Shown here piece after piece: positions 20,312-31,300 of a stretch of DNA of 64,000 nt. A model generated the notes under the pieces. That model saw only the letters and a list, made by a program, of their open reading frames with translations, made no database searches and had not been told where the DNA came from. Numbering within the stretch: the stretch's first letter is position 1; every line of letters begins with the position of its first letter. Origin of the DNA: an uncultured Balneola sp. (GTDB lineage: Bacteria > Bacteroidota > Rhodothermia > Balneolales > Balneolaceae); NCBI GenBank assembly GCA_913058495.1, contig CAJXQC010000001.1:60779-124778 (forward strand), given 5' to 3'. Position numbers and translations under genes: made by a program.

Positions 20312-20866
20312 TTATTGTGTGTTAAAGATTTGGTAGGAAATAAATCCTGTGATGATGAGTGGCACCAGTACCATGCTGGCCGTGGAAGCTTTGGAAATAC
20401 CCATTACCGACTCCACGATTTCTTTACGGCGCAGCACATCGGAGGCGTAATTTTGCCCGGTGGTAATCAGGTTCGGATCAATGCCAGCATTTATGGTATT
20501 TCTTACTTTTGAGTAGCCTGCGTTGTATGCCGCTACAGCTGGAGTGAGCTTGCCGCCAAATTTGCCGATCAGATCTGCCAGGAACTTGCTGCCATAGTGG
20601 ATGTTAGCGCGGTGGTCGTTATTGGTATGGGAGCTCGTAAAGTCCGAGTGATACCTGCGGTCGATTTGCATGATGCCGATGCCGTTGCCGTTGTCGCCCG
20701 TCCAGTTATTGTCCAACGCCAATCCCATATGGCTTTCCCTGGAGGCGATGGCCAAAAGCAGGGAAACCGGCACATTATTAGCCCGAGAAGCCTCATAGAA
20801 GTGCCCCATAATGCCTTTCACCCGAAGGTAGCTGAGCTGGGAAGATATGGACAGCGCGCTGCTCAC
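20312..20866 (-). CDS. Membrane-anchored lytic transglycosylase (SLT/lysozyme-like)
   Basis: IASRES (catalytic Glu), GIMQID, AAYNAG motifs; C-terminal TM. Confidence 0.85.
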   Translation of the reverse strand: MSSALSISSQLSYLRVKGIMGHFYEASRANNVPVSLLLAIASRESHMGLALDNNWTGDNGNGIGIMQIDRRYHSDFTSSHTNNDHRANIHYGSKFLADLIGKFGGKLTPAVAAYNAGYSKVRNTINAGIDPNLITTGQNYASDVLRRKEIVESVMGISKASTASMVLVPLIITGFISYQIFNTQ

Positions 20867-22288
20867 TTATACAATGGCCTTACAGTTGAAGGTGACTTTT
20901 GCGGTTTCACCCGCTCCGATGGTAAACTGATCGACCGGAGCCAATGCCTTTCGGGCCAAAAGATGCGGATGGATATTTAATGAGTTATTCTTGTTCCCGA
21001 ATAACCCAATTTCCCGGACGGTAATGGGTGTTGCTCCCCGGTTCTCAAAAATACGCTCTACCGGGAAGTAAACCTCGTTGGCCACATCATCGACTACCAA
21101 TTTTCCGATATGCGTGCCGTGGTGCACCAGTTCTCCATTCCCATATCCGTGTGGAACACCATTCACTTCTGCATTTTCTGGGGTGAGCGAAGTATCGGTC
21201 ATGGATACAAACTTATTGGAGGTTCCCACGCGAACGCCAAATTGCCAGCCTTCCAGATTCCGATCGACATTGAAGTTTACCCCTGTTCCGCCACCACCTA
21301 AACCGGCAGTAAAATGAAACTCGTTTTCCCAGTTGTAGGCAGCGCTTGGGTTGGCAATCCGGTGCAAGATAGACATGAAACTTTCCGTCCAACCACCATT
21401 AGTGCCATTGGCGTCCGTATCCTGATTAAAGTTCTCAATCATGGAAATGATCTCGTAATCCAGTGACAAGGTGGAGGTATTTCCAAGACTGATGGGTGCC
21501 CCAAGCACGTCCCGAGCCATTAGCATATACGCACTCTTGGCATTGCCAGACATAATGCCAATTTCTCTAATATCTCGAATGGCTCCCGTCATGTTGGTGA
21601 ACGGTCGGGATAGGGTAAATTTGGAACTCTCCTGGTCGGTAATAAGTGAAGTAATGGACACAGCCCCTTGGGTGCACCCCCGCTTGAAATACCCCGGAAG
21701 GCACAAGTCAGAAGCCTTAACCGGCTGATCACTCATGCCAATGATCGGCTCCCAATTTATGGGCAGGTGATAATCTCTGTCTGTCCAGGTATTTCTGTAT
21801 TTGGCTGCCATAGAAACACCGGAAGTTCCATCCCATACCCCGGTCAGGTGAGGAACAATCCCCCGAATGTAATATTTATACGTGCTATGGCGATCCAAAG
21901 GGAATTGCCCGATTGCATTATCATGAAAGTACACGCCGTTCAATCCTTCTAACCCGAGTACTCCTTGTATGGTGATCAAGTCATGTTCCACACCACTGTA
22001 TTCATGATACTTGTCCAGCTCAATGATGAGATCCTGCCCGGATTCAGTAATACTGGTGATGTTACTGATTTCTTTTCGGGTACTATCTCCATCCCAGTAG
22101 TCATCCTGATTCGTTTTACCCATTTGAATGCGCATCCACTTTAGCAGGTTTCCTACAAAGCTTTCGCATTTCATACGGTACAGGTGCCGTTGTTCCAGAG
22201 ACAGGTCACAGTACATATCAAGACCGCTTGCTGTTTTTCCGACGTTTAAATCCGTTGTAATGATTTTCATGGGGGTTTGTTTATGCAA
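20867..22288 (-). CDS. Putative spike/receptor-binding protein with two-fold internal repeat
   Basis: Repeated R.F.N...REIG[IL]...L[ML]AR unit; beta-rich and Gly-rich. Confidence 0.45.
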   Translation of the reverse strand: MHKQTPMKIITTDLNVGKTASGLDMYCDLSLEQRHLYRMKCESFVGNLLKWMRIQMGKTNQDDYWDGDSTRKEISNITSITESGQDLIIELDKYHEYSGVEHDLITIQGVLGLEGLNGVYFHDNAIGQFPLDRHSTYKYYIRGIVPHLTGVWDGTSGVSMAAKYRNTWTDRDYHLPINWEPIIGMSDQPVKASDLCLPGYFKRGCTQGAVSITSLITDQESSKFTLSRPFTNMTGAIRDIREIGIMSGNAKSAYMLMARDVLGAPISLGNTSTLSLDYEIISMIENFNQDTDANGTNGGWTESFMSILHRIANPSAAYNWENEFHFTAGLGGGGTGVNFNVDRNLEGWQFGVRVGTSNKFVSMTDTSLTPENAEVNGVPHGYGNGELVHHGTHIGKLVVDDVANEVYFPVERIFENRGATPITVREIGLFGNKNNSLNIHPHLLARKALAPVDQFTIGAGETAKVTFNCKAIV

Positions 22289-22296
22289 ATATGAGG

Positions 22297-22875
22297 TTAT
22301 GTAATGGTGTAGCTGATGTTGGTAGTCAGAGAACTGTTGTTGTTGGCATTAACCTCTTTCACCTGGTCCAGTGGCTCGGGTTGAGAGTGCTCGTGGTCAA
22401 AAGCCGCTGGCTGATCCGAAGCAATGGGTTCGGTACGATAGCCCGAAATGGAAGTGGTTGGAAAGTTCGTGCAGTCGATGCTGGTGGTTTTTACCAATAC
22501 CAACTCCAGCTGGGTTTCGGTAGCCATTCGCCCACGGTTTTTGATATCCAGATCCGGGGGAACCACGACCATGTAGATGTCCGAGATCCCGGTTTTTCCG
22601 TGCTCGGTTCGAGAGCGCACGCGGAAATAATGCCGCTGATCAACCAGCGTTTGAGGCAGGTAGAGCTGGTGATAACGAACCATTTCTTCGGGTTCAATGT
22701 GAACTTCGGGCGTTTGAAATGGAACCGAGTCGTCCCAGCCCCAGTCAATCTGGCTTGATGCTGGTTCTCCGGTAGCCCACGAGATCAAAATAGAGCCGTC
22801 CACAAGCATACCGCTGACGACTCGCATCTTGAAAGCCTCGTTTAGGCCAAATTCCTGCCCGCTAATCTTGCTCAT
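22297..22875 (-). CDS. FN3-like domain protein
   Basis: ISWATGEPASSQIDWG...HQLYL...HYFRVRS fibronectin-III pattern. Confidence 0.65.
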   Translation of the reverse strand: MSKISGQEFGLNEAFKMRVVSGMLVDGSILISWATGEPASSQIDWGWDDSVPFQTPEVHIEPEEMVRYHQLYLPQTLVDQRHYFRVRSRTEHGKTGISDIYMVVVPPDLDIKNRGRMATETQLELVLVKTTSIDCTNFPTTSISGYRTEPIASDQPAAFDHEHSQPEPLDQVKEVNANNNSSLTTNISYTIT

Positions 22876-22876
22876 C

Positions 22877-23290
22877 TCAGCTCGTCCAGAAGATTTCGGT
22901 TACTAGCGCTTTGGACTCGTCTCCGGGATTCGTCGCCTCATCCCATAGCCCCATAAAGCCGCCTTTGTAGAGCTCGCCGAACCGGCGTAGATCAAAGTGC
23001 AGGGTTTCACCCGCCCGAAGTTTGAAGGTGTAGTACTTGTCCGAGATGCGCTGGCTGTCTAGGGCAATCATCAGTTCGCCTTCGCTGCTGTTTTGGATGA
23101 TCACCCCCAACCGGTGCGGGTTTTCGTTGACCAGGCGAACGGGCTGCACGCCCTGTTTCATCACCGGGGAAATGGAGGAGGCAATTCGAGCTTGACTGGG
23201 CTGGCTGCCTTGCGTTTTTTGCAGGTTTGTAACCAGCGCTTCCACGTTGGCGGCCAGCTCGCAAAGCACTTTAATCAGTTCGTTGAGCAT
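22877..23290 (-). CDS. Putative single beta-sandwich minor capsid/penton protein
   Basis: N-terminal coiled helix then NPHRLGVIIQNSS...KLRAGETLHF all-beta domain; directly downstream of the capsid candidates. Confidence 0.4.
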   Translation of the reverse strand: MLNELIKVLCELAANVEALVTNLQKTQGSQPSQARIASSISPVMKQGVQPVRLVNENPHRLGVIIQNSSEGELMIALDSQRISDKYYTFKLRAGETLHFDLRRFGELYKGGFMGLWDEATNPGDESKALVTEIFWTS

Positions 23291-23292
23291 AG

Positions 23293-24069
23293 CTACTCCG
23301 CTGGGATGAATCCGGTTCTTATCTGCACGTAGCTCTCACAAAGGAAACTTACCTCGGCAGGCTGGGCACCATAGTTGGAAGCGTACACGTCAAACGGCAC
23401 GTTCGAGCCCACCACAAAGGGTACGTTGATGTACTTGTCGTTGAACTCGTCGTTCACCTGCTCCAGGAATACTTCATCGCGAACCGTGGTGTTGTACACT
23501 TTCATCGAAGCGGTAATAGCTCCTGGCTGGTTACTGCTCATGGCCATGCGCCGAACCTGAACGTCCACGCTTTTGCTTTTCACGCCCAGATCAATGTTGA
23601 GCCCGCCAGCTGGAACCGTGCTATGGCCATACAGGAACCGGGGCACGGGAATCGAAGCTCCAATCTGCTGGTAGGCCGCATTTAGTTTGGACAGGGCAAA
23701 CTGGTCATAACCGACAATCTGAATGTTTACCGTTTGCTTAGCAGCACCGGTATTGGTGAGTTCAAAAACGATATGGTTGTTCTTTTGAATGATAAAAGGA
23801 GCAAATAGTCCGTCAATAGATTTGAACAGATTGTGCACTACCGAGAGCTGGACGCCCCGAAACAGATAAAGGTCTTCGTTTAGACGAGCGGAAATCAAAA
23901 TGGCATTCATGTTGGCGCTGAACGGGAGAATCTTTCGGATGCCGTAGCGCTCTCCACCCATGCCGTTCATGGTAAGGTGAGCCGTTGCTCCCGGTTGCAC
24001 CTCAACCGATTTGGCCGGATTGTAAGCTGAACTTTCTTTAGGAGGTAAAAAATTGGAGAGTATCTTCAT
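23293..24069 (-). CDS. Putative double jelly-roll capsid protein (tandem duplicated beta domain)
   Basis: Halves align: VQPG/VPAG, GIRKI/QVRRM, PFIIQKN/PFVVGSN, TNTGA/SNYGA, IQIVGY/FLCESY; size similar to small DJR capsid proteins. Confidence 0.55.
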   Translation of the reverse strand: MKILSNFLPPKESSAYNPAKSVEVQPGATAHLTMNGMGGERYGIRKILPFSANMNAILISARLNEDLYLFRGVQLSVVHNLFKSIDGLFAPFIIQKNNHIVFELTNTGAAKQTVNIQIVGYDQFALSKLNAAYQQIGASIPVPRFLYGHSTVPAGGLNIDLGVKSKSVDVQVRRMAMSSNQPGAITASMKVYNTTVRDEVFLEQVNDEFNDKYINVPFVVGSNVPFDVYASNYGAQPAEVSFLCESYVQIRTGFIPAE

Positions 24070-24101
24070 GGTGTTGCTTTGAGGTAGTCAGGATTACTTG
24101 G

Positions 24102-24143
24102 AAAAAAGAATCCCGCCGGAATCAGCGAACTGAAACCGGCGGG
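24102..24143 (-). terminator. Intrinsic terminator after the 203-aa capsid candidate
   Basis: CCCGCCGG-N16-CCGGCGGG stem, then ATTC and a T6 run on the minus strand. Confidence 0.75.
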
Positions 24144-24153
24144 TAGGGATGGA

Positions 24154-24765
24154 TTACTCAACTTCAGCGACTACCATGGAAGCCCTGAGCCACAACTCTC
24201 CCTGACCGGATTGGTTCCAGTTCTCTGTGGTTGGGAACACTGAGGCGTCATCAAAATGGACGGCAAGGGAAACCGTCTGGTTGATGGCCAGATCAAACGG
24301 ATCGGCCAGGCGGTACTCACTGGCAGATTTCATGGTAACAAGCCGGCGATACTCGGCTACGGCGTCAACGGTATTATTGGTGGCCGAGGTAAACTGAATA
24401 CCGGTTCCAGCAAAGTTGGAGAACTCACTCATGGGAGCGCGGAGGAATTCCTTGTTGTCGTTATCGGCCTGAAGCAGAATGGCCGCGTCTTTGAGCCCGT
24501 TCACGATGGCGCGTGCATCGATGCCATTGGCTGGATCGTCTTCAATAAATTGTTTGGTGAGTTCAAAGGATAGGCCCAGAATCCGGCGTTTCATAGCTCC
24601 GGGAAACGGGTTACTTACATAGTTGTCCCGCGTTAGTTTTCGATCTGCATTAGCAGGAAAGAAATTAAGGACTGATTGATTTTGCTGTACTTTGCGTGTG
24701 TCAAAATAGGTCTTGATGCGCGCAGTAGCTGGAACAAGTGCTTTTTTGGAGATTTTATCGCTCAT
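24154..24765 (-). CDS. Putative single jelly-roll major capsid protein
   Basis: YFDT...LNFF...DN...PFP...RILGLSF...PFDLAIN beta-rich pattern; shares PFx[ILV]xxN with both halves of the next gene; followed by a terminator. Confidence 0.5.
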   Translation of the reverse strand: MSDKISKKALVPATARIKTYFDTRKVQQNQSVLNFFPANADRKLTRDNYVSNPFPGAMKRRILGLSFELTKQFIEDDPANGIDARAIVNGLKDAAILLQADNDNKEFLRAPMSEFSNFAGTGIQFTSATNNTVDAVAEYRRLVTMKSASEYRLADPFDLAINQTVSLAVHFDDASVFPTTENWNQSGQGELWLRASMVVAEVE

Positions 24766-24856
24766 AACTGTGATTTAAAAGGTTTAGAAAATGGCTGATA
24801 GCCGGTTTGGTATTACCAGTACCCCTTTTGCAATGCAGAGCTATGAGGTGTTATTT

Positions 24857-25360
24857 CTAGACTTCGATGGTATTATCAACCTCTAAAGAATGTTCTACCT
24901 CATCCACATGGTGTGTTTTTTCCTGGATTTCAGGCAGGTTGTCATACACGTACCCGGAGCCATCCATAAGACCTTGCTGGGGTGTCCAGTCAGGGGTAAT
25001 AAATTTGATGACTTCCATTACGCCTTGTACGCCCATACCCATGGCCAAACCGCGAACGTGTTTGTTTTTGGAAAGGAGCGTTAGAAGTACTCCAGCGGTG
25101 AGAGGGATACCTGCTCGGGTGGCTTGTTGAATAGTTGCTGAGGCGTTGCCTGTCAGCAAGGGGACGGCCAGGACATTCATCTGGGCTGCCACCGCTTGTC
25201 CACCAAGAATATATCCGGCGGTGATAGCCTGCTGCTTGAACTCAGAGACCGCCTTCTCGGTAGTGATTTTGCTTTCTGTTATCATATTACTGCGTCGTTT
25301 GTTTGGGTTTTCGATGATTTGTAGCTCGGAAGGGTTCTTGGCGAACACGCGCTCTTTCAT
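24857..25360 (-). CDS. Virion membrane protein candidate
   Basis: Several Gly/Ala-rich hydrophobic segments; N-terminal NP motifs; directly upstream of the capsid candidate. Confidence 0.5.
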   Translation of the reverse strand: MKERVFAKNPSELQIIENPNKRRSNMITESKITTEKAVSEFKQQAITAGYILGGQAVAAQMNVLAVPLLTGNASATIQQATRAGIPLTAGVLLTLLSKNKHVRGLAMGMGVQGVMEVIKFITPDWTPQQGLMDGSGYVYDNLPEIQEKTHHVDEVEHSLEVDNTIEV

Positions 25361-25388
25361 AGGTGCCTTCGTTGTTCTGGCGGGTGGC

Positions 25389-28300
25389 TCAATTAAGAAT
25401 GCCCCTGCCGTCTATGTTGACGTTAGCGATGATGTACACATCACCGTATTTAAACACCGGTCGCTTGCCCGCATCGAAGTAGTGGAAATAGTGATTGTCT
25501 TTGCCTTTTTCGTCATCGGCGTAGATAATCTTATCGCTCACGTACATAATGCGGTCGGCATAGCCGGCACTGATCAGTTTCTCGCCTAAAGGCGGAAACA
25601 GCTCATAATCGTAGTCATCTGCCGGGAAATGATGAAACTCCTCAAACATTTCGGCGGCTTTCGGGTCATTGTAAGCTCCCTTGGAGAGCCTCATTAAACT
25701 GGTTGGAAACACATAAATAGTGGTGCCTTTGGCGTTGATGATCATCGCCAGATCATCAGATTCGGCTTCCACGCGCTGCATGTAGCCCTTGGCGTCGATG
25801 TACTCCAGTTCCTTGACGATGCCGGAATAGACCAGTGGTTCTTCATAGAGGGTTTTGAGTACGCCGTGTCGTTTGGTGGTTTTTGCAGGCACACTGTCCG
25901 CCTTGTTCTCACGAAGTTGAGGCGATCCTTTGGGTGCACTGCCTTTTAGCGAACCCACATCACGGACAGTGATCGTTTTGCGGATCTTGTATTTCGGGGC
26001 GATCCGGTTGATCTCTTCATACAGCTCGTTCCGGTCATCGTAGCTCACCGCCACCAGCTGGTTGACCACATCGTTGAGTTCGATCACGGTCTTCTGATTG
26101 TTTTCGCTTGCGGTTTTAGACGCTTCCAGCTCTGTTTTGGTATCTGCCAGCACCTTTTGAAGTTCAGCCAGCGTTTTCTCGGTCTGCTTTAATTCACTGC
26201 TTAGCAGTTCCATGCGGGACTGGGAGGTTCTGATCCACGCTTTTTCGAGTTCCAGGAATAGCTCCGCCAGTTTTCGGGTGATAATCGGCTGCCACTTTTT
26301 GATGGTAAACATCCCGGCGGACTCTTTGATGGCCTTGAAGCTTTGCTCGTTTCCAACCTCGTCTTTTTTGGCCTTTTCGGCTTCGATGTCGATGCCGTAT
26401 TCCGCGTAAAAATCTTCCTCCGTGGCAATGATGTTGCCAAGGTTGCCGGAGATGGATTTGCCCTGTCCGGTCTTTTCTTCCAGCGTCCACCCGAAGGCAG
26501 TGGCCAGCTCTTTGGAGGCCATACGTTTGATGGAACCCCACGTCTGCTTGTTGTAGAACGAGCGGTCAGGGATATTGCTGTCGGGGATCAGGTGAAACCA
26601 TACCCGCCCGTTGGCATTGTTTTCGGGCACGTCCAGCACGGTTTTCATGCGGTAGCCGGAAATGCGTTTGGAGTCGGAGCTAAGCTGGATATCGAGCTGG
26701 TACGGCTCGCCGTTCCACCCGTACTGCACGTCTAACAGGTTCTCCTTTAACGCTTTTTCAGCGCTTTCGGGAAGCTTTGAGTTTTGTAAGGCCGATTCCC
26801 GCTCTACCACGCTTTTCATGCGATCCTGTTTTCCCTGGATATCGGTGGTCGCCTGCGCTTGGCTGGCTTGGAGTCGTTGCACTTCAGATTCCAGGTTGTC
26901 AATCCGGTCATCGAGTACGTTCTTTTGAGCTAAAGCTTCGAAAAATTGTTTTACTCGCGGATCGGAGTTGGTCGCGGCTACCATCTGCTCGTATTCCAGT
27001 GACTCCGAGTCGCCACCCGTGGACACTTCACGCACGGTGCCAAAGAACAGGTCATCAATCCAGCTCTGTTTTTTGGAGACCAGTTCCAGCCGGTACTGAT
27101 CAAAGGAGTCCTGCATTAGGTAGTAGTGAATCTGAACTTCCCCATACTGATTCCCCTGACGAAGCCCGCGCCCGTTGCGCTGCTGGATTTGCGAAGGCGT
27201 GTAGGGAACGTCCATGTGGTGCATGTCGGTCGTCCACTTCTGAAGGTTCATCCCCTCGGCAATCGACTGGTTGCCAATTACCACCCGGTACTTACCCTGG
27301 TTGAAATTGTCCTGCACTTCTTTCTTAAGCGCTTCCTTGTCGTCTTTGCTACTCACGGAGTAATCATCCCCGTTTTTGCTCGTGCCAATGATAGACCCGT
27401 TGATGATCGCAATCTGCTCTTTGGGGATTCCGGCTTTGACCAGCTCGGATTTGATGAGCTGATGGAAACTACCTCCCTGAGACTGATGAAGGCTGATCCA
27501 GTCGCAGAATATAATCTGGTTGCGAATAGCAGGGCTGGCTGGATTGGATCGGCTTGCTTTGATCTGCTCCCATTCTTTATTGAGCTTATGGGCGCGTTCG
27601 GTAGCTTCTTTTTCGTTGCCAAAGATGCCTTCGCTCCATGTGTGTTCTGGTTTTTTGGGCTCCAGTATATGCAGGGGCTCATACACTTCTTTCTTTTCAT
27701 CCCAGACCACCCAGTAGCCGCTCTTTTCTTTTACCACACCCTTGCTGGTAATGACCTCAATATGGGATGGGTTCTCCCGGAGGTGCGGAGGAGTCACGGC
27801 AATCTGTCCTCTGCCTGGCCGGTGAAAATAGTCGCCGTATAGGTCTTCCGGCACCATTTCGGGAGCGGGATTGGAACGGGCCCCGTAGGAAGCGGCCACG
27901 TTTTCGACCATTGCTCCAAGCTTGAGGTAGGATCGGTCGATACCTTCAAAATCCTTGTCGTACACCCGCAGGTCGGTCGCAATTTTGCTGCCATCGCCGG
28001 TAATTACAAGAAAGTTGTCGCGGGTTTCGCACTGCCGTTCTTTCATGCAGGCGATGACCTCGTTGGCCCGGAGGATAATGTCATCAAAAAGAAGCTTATG
28101 CAGCTCGCTGGGCTCAATAATCACGTTTCGGGTACTGGCCTTGGGGCGCTTGAATTTGGGTTCGAGCACCTTGGGTTTTCCATCCTTGCCATTGACCGTT
28201 TTACCGTCCTCATCCTGAATATAGTCTGGGAATTCCTTGTAAAAACCAATCAGCTGATCGTAGCTCTTGATGTCCATTACCTCGTCAATGATCTTGCGCA

Positions 28301-31300
28301 TTTCCGGCAGGTTGTAGTACCCGGCCACCACACGCTCGGAGCGGTATTCTCCGTTGGTCTTTTTGACGATCTTTTCTTCTTCCCGGACAAACAGGTTAAT
28401 GAAGTTATCGAGGTTTTCAATTTCGTATTTGGCCAGCAGATCCGGGGCGCATAGGTTAAGCATGTGCCACACCTCTACCGGAGAGTTCACGACCGGGGTT
28501 GCGGTAAGCACAAACACGTTTTTATGGCCCACTTTGCTGAACAGCCACCGCGTTTTTTGCAGGGTGTCTTCGGCTCGCTGGGAAGGCTTGTTCGCCGAGA
28601 TTCCCAGCTTGGCGGCTTTGGCCGAACCCAGGGCGTTTTTGTAGAAATGCGCCTCGTCAAAGAACAGGCAGTCCACGCCCAGCTCGTCAAAGAAAATATC
28701 GGTTTCAAGGCGCTTGGAATGCGCCACATTGCGGAGCTTGGTTTCCCATTCTTCCATCTGCTTTTCCATGCGTTTCATCATGGAGGTTTTGGCCGCTTTC
28801 GAGATGGCCTCGTCTTCTTCAAGCAGGTCCTCAAAATTTTCCAGCATTTGGTTGAAGTAGTCGATGCGCTCCTGGTAAATACGAGCCTGCTCTGCCGGAG
28901 ACAATGGAAGTGATTTAAAGGCGTGGTCGGCGATAAAGATAGCGTCCCAGTTGTAGAGCTGGGCCATCGTAAGTTCTTTATGCTTGTCTCCACCGGCCAT
29001 TTTCATGTTGAGGACTTTGGCGTCTGGAAAGAGCATCAGGTATTCTTCCACCCATTTTTCCTGCACTTTGCCGGGCACGACAAACATCGGTTTTCGGGCG
29101 GCTCCCTGCTGGAGGAGCACTTGGGAGGTGATAATGGAAGCCAGCGTTTTTCCGGCTCCCACATCGTGGCAGTTGGCACCTTTGCCGTTCCACACCAGCT
29201 TTTCGGCAATGGCGCGATTGTGCTTGTACACGGTAAAGTCTTTCACCCCGTAAAAGGTGTCGCTCATGCCTCGAACCCGAAGGGTGCGCCCGTCAAAAGG
29301 CGGGTTGATCACCGCGTTATAGGTATGGTTGTAGGCGGCCTCGATCATGCCTCGGACTTCGGAGGAAGCTTTGGTGCGCACCCAGTTGTTGAACTTTTTG
29401 GGCACGTGCGTAAGCATCCGGTTGTTGTTCTGGCGCTGTATTTTTCGCGCCCGTTCGATGAGCATCTGACCGCGTTCTCCCTTCATGGATTGCGCTTCTT
29501 TGAGCGTCATAGACGGCATGAGGTTGTCGTCCTCATCATAGAATTTCAGCGGAAAGGTGCTGTCCTGAATGTACGAGGTAATGATTTTGGTAAATGGCGT
29601 CTCGCCCCAGCCCAGGTTGTTGTCGTCGGGGGTTTCATCGCCCGTGCCCACATAACGGCCCCATTTCCGAAGCTTCATGTAGAACCGGTTGCCGAGCTCG
29701 GCTTTGTCTTTGACAAGGCCGATTTCCACTTTGTCGTAGTTCATTTCATCTTTGATCCACTCTTCAATGGCTTTGGCAGGCAGGTAAGTAAACACGTGCT
29801 GCGGGTCCACGGTAATGTTGTACACGTCGATCCATTCGGGCACCACCTCTTGTAGCGCCTTGATGTTCTTTTCCAGCTCGTGCTCCTGGGCCAGTTGCAG
29901 TTTCTCGCGCACGTTACCCGAGAGGTACTGGTAGCGAAATTCGTGGTTTGACGTGGCCGGATTCCAGTAAAAGTCAGGGTGATCTTCCAACGCTTTTTCC
30001 AGCTCCTCTTTGCTGGTCGTGCCCCCTTTGTACACCGATTGGTAGAAGTCAAGATCTAAGGTCTCACCAATACTGCGCCCGAACATGGCCAGCTCAGCCA
30101 AATCGTCAGAATCCTTTACCGCAGGCACATAGTTGCGATTGAACATAGAATCGGCGTCGATGATGTCGGCGTGCACCAGCTCTCCATTAAGCGGATCTCG
30201 TTTCACAAGGGTCGTGAGCTTGTAAAGCCGGTTGTCAAACTTGAACACCTTGCGAATGTCTTCGTCTTCATCGGGAACCCCGTACTGCTCGATGTGACCC
30301 GATAAAAGCTGCTTGAATTCAGCACGGAGGGCGTCTTTTTCGCTCGTTTCCTGCGCCAGTGCGGTTATATAGTCGTCGTATTTGTCCAGCAGCTGACAGG
30401 CCGATCGGGTGCGCGCCTCCAGTCCGGAGCCGCCTTTGAGGGTAAGCCGCTTGAAAAACCGTCGCTGTTTCTCGTAAAAATGGTTCTCATGGAAGACGAT
30501 ATTTCCCGGATGGTACGACCTTGGCAGGTTAAGCATAATGCCATCATCGGGAATGTTGTACAAGGGCATCTCGACCGGAAGCGAGTAAGGAAAAGTCAGC
30601 CCGTCAGAAAGCACGGAGTTAATAACAGATTCAGAAAGTTCACCTTTCACTCCCATACGGGAATAAAACTGTACGTGGTGCCCCTGAATATGCTCACCCA
30701 ACACGTGGTTTGGGTGTTCTTTATAGTACGGGTTGTAAGAAGCGGTATAGGTTTCACCATTATAGGAGACCTGACTTTCAATCAGCTCCTCTTGGGCAAA
30801 AAGTCGGTTGAGTTTCGAGTCCACGTCCGGATGAATGTCGCCCTGATGCTCTCCATATTTCTGGAAGAAAAGAATATCGGTAGTTACCGTGGTATCGGCG
30901 TTGTCTTTAAACGCCGTAGAAGGCAGCCGGTAGGCCCCTACAAAATGGGCGCGTTGTATCATAGCCTGACGAATGGACGGGTCTTTTTTATCCATTGTGC
31001 CCGTCGAGGTGATCACCGCCAAGAAACCACCGGGTTTAAGAGCGTCCAGGGATTTTAGGATAAAGTAGTCGTGAATGCGTGGGCTCATTGGGGCCAGCGG
31101 ATCGCGGGAAGTATGAATTTTCAGGTCCCCAAAGGGCACGTTCCCAACCACGCCAGTCAGGTTGTATAGGGAAAGATCGGTGTCGGCAAAGTTTTCGTGG
31201 CGCACGGTCTGCATTGGGTATAGCAGACTCGCAATACGGGAACTAATGGCCGAGCGTTCGATCATGACCATCCGAAACTTGTCGCGGTCGGGAAGGAATC

